DNA of 56,684 nucleotides, the filler included, from Platydemus manokwari (lineage: Eukaryota), in the NCBI GenBank assembly GCA_037951405.1. It is 5 parts of 5 records of this genome, joined end to end, with 100 filler letters (N's around TTAATTAATTAA, not from the genome) between each part and the next. Parts side by side here need not be neighbours in the genome. Positions count along the whole stretch, not along the records: positions 21,850 to 36,208 come from JBBMOY011473640.1; positions 36,309 to 45,427 come from JBBMOY011296539.1; 3 more parts are not named here. One strand, 5' to 3'. Below the pieces are notes generated by a model, which was not told the origin of the DNA, ran no database searches, and saw nothing but the letters and a program-made list of their open reading frames with translations. The translations under genes were made by a program, and so were the position numbers. Shown piece by piece: positions 27,993 through 39,500 of the stretch. Numbering within the stretch: position 1 is the stretch's first letter; every line of letters starts with the position of its first letter.

Positions 27993-28541
27993 TGTAGGCG
28001 TGTGGGCGCAATTATATTAGTAATAACTATAAACTTTTTGAAAAAATGATTATTAATTCACGTTGCCGTGGCAATCAGAAACAGTCATAGATATTCAAAT
28101 TTAAATGCAAATTTACATGACAGCGGTGGATATTACTAAGGGAATCAACAAATCAAAAATAAAATTATTCATGCACCCACTGTAAAAACACTATAAATAC
28201 TGAAGTAAAATTCAGTATTTTCACCACAAAACGACGACGCATAGTGAATAAAAATCAAATTCGTGACGTTATTCAAGGTCGAGTCAACTCCGATAATCAA
28301 CTAATCTCAGAAAATTCTAGTGTTAGACGACAATTATTTCACATATTATCAGCGTTCAATTATCAATTCCCGATGATAAAATTGTATTGTTATCTTAATC
28401 ACCTGATATCATTCTTCGATAGGAGATCTGTTGTCAATGAATACTAAACCTCACAAAGTCGTAACTGAATTTGTGAGTTCTAAAATCATATTTCTTTAGT
28501 TTCTATACCACACTCGGACGCCACTTAGTTCCCTCCGGTGG
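27993..28541 (+). mobile_element. 5' LTR (27993-28525) and putative PBS (28526-28541) of a truncated Ty3/Gypsy element
   Basis: Imperfect inverted ends TGTAGGCGT and ACGCCACT. TATAAATA at 28192 and AATAAA at 28247. It is followed by TAGTTCCCTCCGGTGG (TGG-type PBS with one change), and a gag lies 400 bp downstream on the same strand. Confidence 0.55.
28062..28075. promoter_or_regulatory. RFX X-box-like palindrome in LTR U3
   Basis: GTTGCCGTGGCAAT matches the canonical GTTGCCATGGCAAC at 12/14. Confidence 0.4.
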
Positions 28542-28940
28542 TTTTTCATTACTGATAAATCTCTTCAAGACACAACAGCTTCTTCTTTCTAAATTTTTTG
28601 CACAACACATTTGACAATTATTATAATTATAAAGTATTTCATCATCGTATTATTGTTGTTATTATTAATATTTATATAATTTATCTACATGCAACCTATT
28701 AATCTGTGAAGTTTCAGATATTAGTGGAAATATCATTCTCTAACTCACGGTAGCTCATCTAATAACATAGTAAATTATCGATTGAAAAATCGTTGATTTA
28801 TTATTAATTAATCACCAAACAGGTTTCCATCAAATTTGGATCGATTCAATCGCTTTGGTTATATTATATTAATCAACTACAAGACTTTTTAAGCTTTACA
28901 CAATTATTAATCGGCTCTTAGAGCTACACTATAAATTATA

Positions 28941-29465
28941 ATGTCATCATCAAGCAGTGAAACAGACCCTCAGTTGTTCAGAGATGAACCTGAGTATGAC
29001 AGTAAAGGTAATCTAAAGCAACCAGTGGTAGACTGTGACCTCACTAAACTGAAAAAACACACCAAGGGACTTTCTGAAGTAAAAGCCAATGATGATAGGA
29101 TTGTGCAAATACCTGTACAACCATACAATGGAGAACCTGGCCTATTCCACAAGTTTACGGTAGACTATTTCCCCCTGTCAGACGCTTACGGGATAACTCA
29201 GGGCAATATGATCAAGCGCTTACCTATATATCTAACAGGGATGGCTCGGGAAAAATATATTACCGTAATTACACAGCTACAAAATAAACAATCATGGAGT
29301 GACTTTTGAAGAGCATTCGGAAATCATGCATTTCCAATCGATACATGTCATCTGTTCAGACTAAGGTTTAATAAACGAAAAAAACAAGGTGCCGATGAAC
29401 ATGTGGGTGAATTCCCCCACCAACTCATATTATTAGCAGAAAGAGCTTATGTTGACCGTGCTTAA
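28941..29465 (+). pseudogene. gag: Ty3/Gypsy gag (Retrotrans_gag-like) with one premature stop, 3' truncated
   Basis: The ORF reads PYNGE..LPIYLTGMAREKY..SWSDF, TGA at 29307-29309, then continues in frame RAFGNHAFP..LRFNKRKKQGADEHVGEFPHQLILLAERAY (major-homology-region-like) to TAA at 29463-29465. No pol follows. Confidence 0.85.
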
Positions 29466-31354
29466 TAGCAACCAGATACAGTAAACAATGTGAAGGTTCA
29501 CTTATGGGAGGGTATTCATTTACAAAACATAAATTAAATCTTGAATAGGCATTTAACTTTTGTAAGTAAAAATTTTAGCCGATATATGACGTTGAAACTT
29601 TGAAAATAGTTTTGATTTAAAACAGAATTAATTAACTTTATCGGGACCTGTGTTCTTGTAATACTTGACTTCTTTCTTAACTTCTCAAGTGATCAAGGTT
29701 CGATTACATTAGTTCCCAACACTAGTTGTTTTATATCTTCGAAGTGTTACAGTGTCTCAAAAATTTGATCATATCACTCATTGTCTTAATATTAATTTTA
29801 TCGTTATCATCAAATAAAGAGTTTAAATGTTATTTTCTTTCGACAAGGGCTTCAATAGCAAGTGTGAAGATTAGATTAACGGAAAAATTGATTGTCTGAA
29901 TTTTAGTTAATTTATGAAAATTAACTGAACATAACTGCAGTACTGCTGAATAAAATCAAATTGTCATTATTTTAAAAATTAAATATTAGACTAAATAATG
30001 GATACCACTAAACTCTTAATGCTACTAAAGTGGATTATGGGAATCCAAAAGCAGATGATGATAATAAAAGGAATGCATTGTTGTTTGTTTTTCGATCTTA
30101 GAAGTAAATAGTTGCAAAATCAAGAATCAGAATCTCCAAAGACTGATTCTCAGAAATTGCAATTAATTGAATGGGATTTGAAAAAAGTTATTGAATTGGA
30201 TTAAATAATTGATTGAGATTAGATTCGGGTCATCGACAGAATTGCTTCGGCACATTTATAAAGATTGAGATGACTTTTAAAGATTCTGATGGATATTTTC
30301 CCAACATGATTATCAATTTACAAATAATTTTTATTGGTTATTGATGTCTGTAGATTAAATTTAATTAATTCATGCGACCTACGCTTCGGCACTGCTTAGA
30401 GACAGATATTGGTCTAATTCTACAACAATGTTTGCAACTCTAGTAGCACATGAATTATAGTCATCTTCAAATTTCATCAAATACAACAATAATACATTAT
30501 AAATATAGTAAAAGGTTAACGATAAAGTCTAAATCCAACTTATATGTTGTTGTTTTCGATGCCAGAGAATGAGAGTAGAAAAATAAAAGAGACGGAGCTA
30601 GTGGTAATAATTTTGCTCTTACACAGAAAAGTTATTGAATTTCTTTATAGACGGATGTGGATTACCTCTTTAAGCAAACTTCCACATATATTTGTTAGTA
30701 AATAATCACATATCTAACTACCAATGATTTATCGGCAGGTGCTTTCAAAAAATGTCTCATTGGGATCGTCACCCATCAATTTTACAAGTTATCATTATCG
30801 ACTTGTTTATGTATGTTCTCTTGACAATGACTCACTCAGTCATTTAGTATTTATGCAGTGGCAGAGTATTAGTTTCCATTCAGTTAACATATGAAATAAG
30901 CACAATATTTTACTTCTAGTAAAGTACTTACCCATATCTTGGATCTCTGACGGAAAAAACGATCTCCTTTCTGATGGAGCTTAATGAAGCTGTTTACCAT
31001 TACTGTACCTTTTCTGCTATAAACTGTGACATTCAACAATTATGACTGCTACATTATATAGTCGTATTGTTTATGGGTGTATCTATTATAAAGGAAATTT
31101 TAATGGGTTTTTTCGACATTCTTAAATTATATTATTGTAATTACGAAATATTTATGTTCGATAATGAGTGAAAATTCTAACAAGTATTATTAATATCCAA
31201 TATTGTATTATTATTAACACCCTCTTCAAAAAATTGTTATAATAATAAATGAGTCATATTCAAGATAAGAAAGATATAATAAATAATTACTACACTTATA
31301 TATTAAATTTTCCATGCAGATTGATAAAAATCGTATATTGTTTAGACAAAATCC

Positions 31355-32031
31355 TGTTGGATAACAATTTGAAATAAATTCTGAAAAATTATTTAAAACT
31401 AGAATGTCACAAGCTCAATTAAGAACAAATATAGTTAAACTCTTATTACAAATCAGCGATAGACTATCACACAAGATGAGATTGACACTCGAAAGTCAAA
31501 GACAGAAAAACAACCAAAAAGACTAGCTCCTAAAAATCTCGTAAAAGTCAAGAATAAAACACAGGTTACCGACCAAATAAGACTGGCAGTTATTCATGGA
31601 ACTCAATCTCTTTTATAGACCTATTGAGTGTGTCTGTTTTATGTTCCTGAGTTTAGTACTTCATTTGTTGAATTCACTCACACACAAGTCTAATTTTCTT
31701 TGTATCTATTATGCCAGGGGTGGCCAATCGGTCGATCGCGATCGACTGTTCGATCTTAAAGCCAATTTTAGACTATCGCGTGAGTTGTTATTCAAATGAA
31801 AAGTCGATCTTACGTACACAAAAGTTGGCCACCTCTGTATTATGCCATTGACAAATATTTGAGATTATTGTCATCTGTAAGTATATGCCTGTCTATTTTT
31901 AACTTCTAAATTTGGATTAATGTTAGAAAGAATCTGATTGGCTGATAGCACATGTATTTATCGAAATGAGTAAACCCTTTTTTGCTGTTTTGTATTTTTT
32001 TCCTGGGTTTTCAATTCATTTACTTGTGAAA
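31355..32031 (-). mobile_element. LTR copy of the 18611-19146 family, interrupted by a hAT MITE
   Basis: The reverse complement contains ataggtctataaaagagattgagttccatgaataactgccagtc versus ataggtctataaaagatgtagagttccatcaataactgccaatc at 18898, plus a second aligned block on the other side of the MITE. Boundaries are approximate. Confidence 0.7.
31715..31837. mobile_element. hAT-family MITE (123 bp)
   Basis: Perfect 8-bp TSD TATTATGC (31707-31714 and 31838-31845). TIRs CAGGGGTGGCCAA and CAGAGGTGGCCAA match at 12/13. Internal palindrome GTCGATCGCGATCGAC. Confidence 0.93.
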
Positions 32032-32486
32032 TAATTATTAAATAGCATCATCTCTTTTGGTTCATTTTATTATCACAGCAGGTAATGCAACTGATAAAAA
32101 ATTACTGACATTTCATGGCCTTTTAATATAAATAGAAGTTAGTAAATATTAAAATCACCTATTAACGCTATCAAGGATAACCATAAAAAGTAAATGAAGT
32201 AATAACGGTGTCAACAAGAACTCAGAAAGTTATAAATTATAGCCCGAACATCATTTATAAAACTGTTATTAAAGCCGTTCGTATAGTCCTCACTCATCAC
32301 GATTCGATATAAGATCGAAACAATGAGTACATTGCATCTGATGCCTTATATGTTGTTGTAGATAAACAGGTAATCAATGATATTAAATCTAGTATTGATA
32401 TAATTGAGGACATGTTTTACTCAACAATAATAGGCCATCAAAACAATAATCAATTAATTGATATATCATTGACAAAATCAGATTTA

Positions 32487-35248
32487 TTATCGACAAATTT
32501 GATATACAATGTGGCCCCACTTCTCCATGTCCGACACAGCCGAATGAGTTCTTTTCTGAGAAATTATTAAATCATTATCCAGATTATATCAAGAAATAAT
32601 CGATAAAATCACACCTCCATACCAACAGCTTTAGCCATTTCATCAATTCTGGTAATATATCGATCGATTTGTTCATTATTGACATTGACGATAAATTTTG
32701 GTGTCTCGACAACTAAACTGGCATTGTGGTGTAGAATCGAGTGAAATGATTGGCAGGATTCTAATTGGCCAATAAGACTGGATGAGAAATACACCACATC
32801 GAATAATGAGTGAAATTTATCTTTTTTTGTCAAATATTCGCTCATTGCATTGATTGGCAAGAAATTGATTTTCACATTTGGCAGAGGCATCAAATCTATT
32901 TGTAGAGACCATTTTAAAGGAATAAATCAATAACAAATAGAAATTCACCATCTAAATGATGCCACGATATGCTATTGTCGACATTCTCGTTTGTCTCTTC
33001 CTCCTCATCTTCGTTTACCTCTAAAGCATTTAATCAAATTTAGGGGAAAAAATCGATAAATTAGTTCAATCAATAGCCCAGTCAACACAAAAATGTACAC
33101 CTGTTATCGTTAGGACATTTGACGATTTGCTGCATTCGATTGGTTGCTCGACATAAGGCTTGTTGTGCGATATCTGGTAGAATATTTGGCTGATATTGTA
33201 TTCGGAAACACGTGATGCCCCACTAAATGCAATCACATGATTATCGATCAATGGAAATGAGCTAATCGTACCAGGTGAACTGATTGTTTGACTTTTTAAA
33301 CAGCGACTCATTCGCGCTCGTCACCCCGAAGGCGAGATATGGCGAACAGACGATATCGCCCCAATAACCCAATCTGACGGTTTTATCGCCACCAGCTGTT
33401 TGCAGAACTCGCCCAGATGCGAGCGATCGGTTGCTGACGTCATAATTGGCATCTCTCAATTGAAATGCAACACCTTTATGTCGCCAGTGATTGTATTCGC
33501 GAGAATTGACAATGTTCGCCTGTCGATAAATGACAACATTAATCAATCACAACTAATCGATAAACCCAAAACACATACACCTCGATCATGGAGAGTTATC
33601 GAGCAATCCCAATCGAACACATTCGGTATCGCATCATAGCGCACACCTAAATTCTGTCTGACACGAAGATCCCTGACAAACAAATCAATATCTCGCAGAA
33701 ATATATATTTTATCAATCATAATCAATATGACAACAATAATGAAATCGATTTGATTTGAATAATTAATCGATAAATCAATAAATCAATTGATGACACAAA
33801 AGCCAATCATTGAGCTTACCAGCACAAACTCATATCAAATGATTTCCCATTTTTGGCTCGCCATATTTTGAATATTGATTCCAGGATGTCACGTTCTTTG
33901 AATTTAAGATTATCCAGACTGATGAATGGAAGGACTCGGGCACACTCATCGGGATCTGTGATGAGCCTGAATGAGATTAATGATAATATTTGATGATTGC
34001 GATGGCTTGTTGTTGAGCGAAATTAAAACAATCCCCCATGTACCGGCCTTGTATTCATCAATATAGGATAAGATTTAACAATTCTCCCATTGGTGGATCC
34101 AGACCAATGACCATTCGACATCACTAACCACTCGGTACCACTCTTCCGTGCTCAAATATGAGCCCAATCGATAATTCAGTGGCCTGATGGACATATTTTG
34201 ATATCGATATTTATTAATCAACCCAATCAATTTAATAAGAAGGCATCTGGTTTTATTATTTTCCACCTATCATTATCAAGCAAACCAGACAATTCGAGTG
34301 ATTATCGATCGACAAATAACGATTTAATTCACGGTGGCACTCACAATGACTCACAACAAAGATTCGACCAATGATATTGCTTGCTATCAATAATGACAAA
34401 TATAATCGATTAAAATGTTGTACTCGGTCGCTGACAAACAATCATCAACCGGTGATATTATGCAAGCAGAAATTAAAATGTCACCAAGGCAACAAAGAAT
34501 GGAAAATCAATCAGATGACGCGAAAATGATAAAAATTTTCATTTCATAAATGCAGGTGATATCGTGACAATAATATTGATTATTATTAAATGATTGTAAG
34601 GCTGGAACTTAAAAATTTATATTTTCGAATTAATAAATTAATTAAAAAATCTTTTAAAAAATGAGATAATCGATAAATTTACTTGATTAATTTATTGGCT
34701 AAATGTCTCACAAAATCCATCGATTGCTCCCTCACTAATCCATTGCCATATAATTCCAAAAATAATTCTGTCTTGTCTAAAACAGAAAGTATGATCATAT
34801 ATCTTGATAGATTGGCCACTAAAATCAACCCTGTAACCCCATTTGAGTAAGCGGTATCAATGCAATTATCATTTGTAACATTTGTCGAGCAATCAGTTCC
34901 ATTGAGTTTTCAACAACATAAAACTAAATCAAGATTTAATAACACTAGTTATTTTTCAATTTTTACATTAATATTTTTATGCCCTATTTTATATAAAGAG
35001 GAAACAGTTTTCAAAATATGTCGACTATCTCCACAACCAACCAAAAGAATATTAACATCGGCTAAATTAATAACATTAATAAATTAGTTATTATTATCAT
35101 TTATACTAGATGATTTCACATTTTCTACAAGGTCTAGAATAATATTTAAAAAGTATTTAAAAATTAAAATAAATTAACCGTTTTCAAAAAAATTTATAGC
35201 TGGTGTGAAACCCCACCAATTTATCACACCTAAACTTTCTTTTGACAT
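32487..35248 (-). CDS. DNAAF3: Dynein axonemal assembly factor 3 (PF22/C19orf51), 12 exons, 470 aa
   Basis: Exons in transcript order: 35248-35179, 35133-35107, 35061-34967, 34923-34830, 34776-34683, 33966-33820, 33672-33579, 33519-33272, 33222-33101, 33020-32949, 32895-32615, 32555-32487. All introns are GT-AG, total 1413 nt, no internal stop. Family motifs: GVINWWGFTPA, ILLVGCGDSRHIL, FYVVENS..ARQML, LFLELYGN, LKFKERD, WDLRVRQNLGVRYD, GVAFQLRD, NRSLASG, GYWGDIVCSPYLAFG. Confidence 0.95.
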
Positions 35249-35262
35249 GAGTTTTGAAATTT

Positions 35263-35275
35263 GTAACTAAGAGAT
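35263..35275 (-). promoter_or_regulatory. Candidate RFX X-box immediately upstream of the DNAAF3 start codon
   Basis: GTAACTAAGAGAT (13-bp X-box-like) begins 15 nt upstream of the ATG of a motile-cilia gene. The match is degenerate. Confidence 0.3.
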
Positions 35276-35445
35276 GTAATTAAATAGTACAGTAAAACAA
35301 TTATAAATAAAAAATATTTAATACAGTTTTACCCAACTTTTATTTAAGTAAATAATAAAAATATTTTTTGTGAGAAAATGTTTTGCTTTTTGTAATTTTA
35401 AAGGTATTCATGCTTCAAAATAGTTTAAAACCATATATATGTATA

Positions 35446-35499
35446 TAATTTAAATTTAATTTAATTTAAATTTAATTTAAATTTAATTTAAATTTAATT
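35446..35499. repeat. AT-only tandem repeat, unit about TTTAAATTTAA
   Basis: Read directly. Confidence 0.75.
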
Positions 35500-35589
35500 C
35501 CTAGTTGTGTTATTTTCTTCTCAAAATGGTGGCTGTTTAATTTTTACAGGGAAGCAGTATATAGTTTTCATGAAGACGAGTCAGGAGCA

Positions 35590-35880
35590 TAATTAAGACA
35601 GAAATAAAACAAACCTTTCGATAGGTCTTATTGACATTGAAGAAGAATCGATGTTATGTTTGCAGTTTTAAAAAGAATTTGCGTATCAGAAATTCAAAAA
35701 ATAAAACAAAAACAGCTTACATAGGAAACTATATCACTAAACCGATTAAAATAACAAGAGTGGTACGGCTAGTATGCACAATTCCAATTAATCCAGTGAT
35801 AATTAAATTGGATCTCTATCCAACTAGATGATTAATCCTGGGAAACCACAAAATCTAATGCCTAGTATAATGGAGTTAGC
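35590..35880 (+). mobile_element. Non-LTR reverse-transcriptase relic
   Basis: LSIGLIDIEEES (cf. LDIxKAFDS), KTAYIGNYITKPIKITRVVRLVC (cf. RGVRQGC) and LILGNHKI*CLV (cf. the segment before YADD), in the correct order. Confidence 0.65.
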
Positions 35881-36208
35881 AAGTGATTTATATCAAAATA
35901 GAAAACAACATCTCAATTAGTAAAATACCTTTTAAAGTATTCATGTATCTAAATCGTCCCAGATTACTACTTATTTGCACCAAGAGCAAATGGTGAATGA
36001 TGATCGAAAACATTGCAAATGAATACATCCTCTATTATATTATATATGGTCTCAGTACTGTAACAAGCAAGTAAGAGATAATTAAAGATATACCTTTGTT
36101 GGGTTGTGGTTGAATGTTAGTTTGTCGGTTGTTAGAGCACAACTCAACAGCGTGAGTTCCTTTATTTATTATTTATTTATATCAACAACTTTATTATCAA
36201 CAAAAAAG

Positions 36209-36308
36209 NNNNNNNNNNNNNNNNNNNNNNNNNNNNNNNNNNNNNNNNNNNNTTAATTAATTAANNNNNNNNNNNNNNNNNNNNNNNNNNNNNNNNNNNN
36301 NNNNNNNN
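36209..36308. other. Assembly spacer (44 N + TTAATTAATTAA + 44 N)
   Basis: Read directly. Confidence 0.97.
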
Positions 36309-36546
36309 AATGAATGATGCTAGTTTATATAATAATTGAATTTGAATTAAATTTAATTCAACATTGATCAGACATTTATGTGTTTCAAAATTAATAAAAT
36401 TTGGGTTATAATTGTAATTTTATCTTAATCGTCTAAAAACATACATGTGAATCATGATTTGCTTTAAATTTGTTTATATATATAAATCTATAATTTCAAA
36501 TAATTAAATTTGTACATTTAATTAATTTTAATTATTTTAAAATATT

Positions 36547-39500
36547 ATGGATTCAAAGAATCAAAGTTTGCGAATTAGGATACGACAGAATGCAAGTGTT
36601 AAAGAGAAAACTCTCATAAGGTGTGATTTGAGATTTTAGTCCTGAATTTTCGGAAAATATAAAAATTTATTTTAGAGTTGTTGCTGAGACACTTAAAAAA
36701 TTAGTACAATTATATCAAATAAAAAATGCTGAAGAAATACTCTCTTCTTTTGAAATTCAAGCTTTAAGATATAAGTAATTATGAATTATAATTTTCAATT
36801 ATCAAGTTTCCACACCCAGATTAAAAGAATGCTTAAACCGATTGATATTTTTGGAACCACTGGAATTCGGCCAGAAAGCTGAAGATACGATATGGAAATC
36901 AATTTTTTATGAACCAATTCGAATTTTTAAGCGTGAATTGAAAGTAGATAAAGATTTAATAATGGAAATGCAGATTTATTATTACTATAAAATCTAGAAT
37001 AAGCCAAATCTGCTAAATTCCAAATCATTGTTGTTGGTAGCATTTCAGCGACATATTCTAGGTGCAATTGGTTATTATCAAAAATTGATTTTACGTTTAC
37101 AAACCGAGTTCGGCCTCTCGAAAGAAATGTGTTCGGATTTCCAAAGATTCATTCCATGTGAAGATGAAGAGGTAAAAGAAATTTCACCAGAACTTAAATC
37201 TTGGGCATTTAGTTGTATTCAGCATAGTTTGCTTTATATCGGCGATCTTTGTAAGGCTAAAAGATTTTTTTTACTTAAATTTTAAAATTGAAAAACCTTC
37301 ACAGATCGTTACGAGCACGACATCAAGTGTACTAATTCACGAATTCTTGCAACGAGATATTATAATCTTGTATTATCATTGAATCCATCGTTAGGACATG
37401 CTTATAATCAATTAGCCACCCTTGATACGTTGAGTTACTACGGTTTAAATGCAGCTTATTATTATTTGAAAGCCCAATTGTGTTCGCATTCGTTTCCTCA
37501 AGCCAAAGAGAATCTGTTGATCCTATTTGAACGCAATGTCAAACGATTGCGAAGCGTACTCGATCGAGAGTCTCTGATGAAAAAATCAGGCTCCAATATC
37601 AGCAAAAATGGTCTCAAGTAAGCTGAAAGGTGACACGGATTTGTAGAAAATAAAAGCTTTTCTAGAGTGATGCGGGTAAAATCGTGCATAATCAAATATC
37701 TGAATGTCTGGCGATCATTAACAACAACCAGTGAAATGAATCAGTAAGTATTTAATTGATGATGTGGGTAGGGGTGGTGAGGGAGGGGGTGAAATGTTAA
37801 TGAATGATGATATGAATTCTTATATTTCTAGCTATGAAATGAAACAATTGGCTGCCATGTGTGATGATGTTCTGAATATATTCAGTTTTGTGCTCGGATT
37901 CGATCGGAAACTCGTTCTCAATTTGTCTCAACTCGATACCGGTGTCCGACCGGCGACATTGAATGTGAAAATCGTCACTCAGATCTTGTTCATTGCGTCA
38001 GCATGTCTGGAGGGAATGCGATTGAAAGTTGGTTTGAAAGAGATCCAAATGATATCCATATATGTGTGTATATATTGATCTAATCATTTCAGAAACATAT
38101 CGATCAAGATTCAGAATCTCTGAAACAAGGAGGAATGATGATGATGAGATTCGATTTAGCTCATTCATTTGTTTTGAATCTCTATGGTCATGTATTCAAT
38201 CAATGTCTCGTACGGGTGCGAGACGAATTGCGAACGGCGAATATTGATGTATCGCTATTGTTTCGTCGATATGATTGCACTAATGATAAGAGTTCTGTCA
38301 TCACGACCAATAGTTGTGATGAGCTTTCGCCATTGGTATCAGCTGGTAGCGACCAAACGGGTGGTCTTGTTAAAGTCAAACGCAAACGAATGGGATTATC
38401 GAAACGATTGGTGAGAGCTCGCCATGATACAGATGATACTAATAATGATGAAGATCTCAGTGAAGGTGATTGGTTGATGATGATTGGATGATGATGATTG
38501 GTTGATGATGATTGGTTGATAATTATGGAATATTTTTATGTATATTTAGATGATCAAAATATGATGTCAGAAAATGATAACATGTTATGGGATGATCAAA
38601 TATCAGATAGTTCTGATGATAGCAATGATGATGATGGGGCCAATAATGATGATGACGATGATGATTTCACTGATGATGATGAAACGGATTTTGAATCCAA
38701 TGATGAAATTCATTCACAAGATGAAGATGATCAGATTATTCGAGCAATTGTTGGACAAAATACCGTGTTTGGACGAAATCAAGTGAGTGGAGGGGGTGGA
38801 GAGAGAAATAATATTTATTGATTGATCTATTCAGGCATCTATTGGTAAAGATGGCAAGAAACTATCATCATCAGATAAAGATGCTGGTAATAGGAGTTTT
38901 ACTAATAAAGGTGATGATAATGATTTATTGATTAATTATATCAATTTTTAATTAATGACTTATTGATTAATTTTATTATTTATTGATTAATTATATTAAT
39001 TAATTATATTTTTAATTATTTATTAATTATATTGATTAATTATTTATTGATTAATTATAATGATTTATTATTTGTTAATTATATTGATGTTTAAGTAATG
39101 ATTTATTGATTATTTATATTGATTAATGATATTGATTTTGATGATTTATTGATTAATTATTAATAAAAATGTTCAGTTATTTTCAGTGATAGTCTCATTG
39201 ATGATGACCAGCATCAAGTTCGATCACCAAAAAGACGATCTGGTGTTTCACAGTATCAGATTTATTATTATCATTTAATTAATTAATCATACAGGGAACC
39301 ATTAAATACATCTTTTAATGTTAAACCATCACCTGAAACACTGATATCATGTGTATATAATGTGGATCTGCTTCAATCTCTTTCAGTCATGCTCACTGGT
39401 TTGTGTAACATGATTGATGATGTATTGGAGAGCTTTCATCGAGTCTGGTGCTCATCACCATATTTGTGGAAGCATTTTGCAGTGATGTTTAATTTCTGTG

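Noticed and set aside
30241-30395. GCTTCGGCA twice, resembling the U6 snRNA 5' hairpin
   Set aside because: No ACAGAGA box or the rest of U6 follows.
35248-36547. DNAAF3-SMG5 bidirectional promoter
   Set aside because: An artificial spacer (36209-36308) and an RT relic lie between the starts, so adjacency is unproven.
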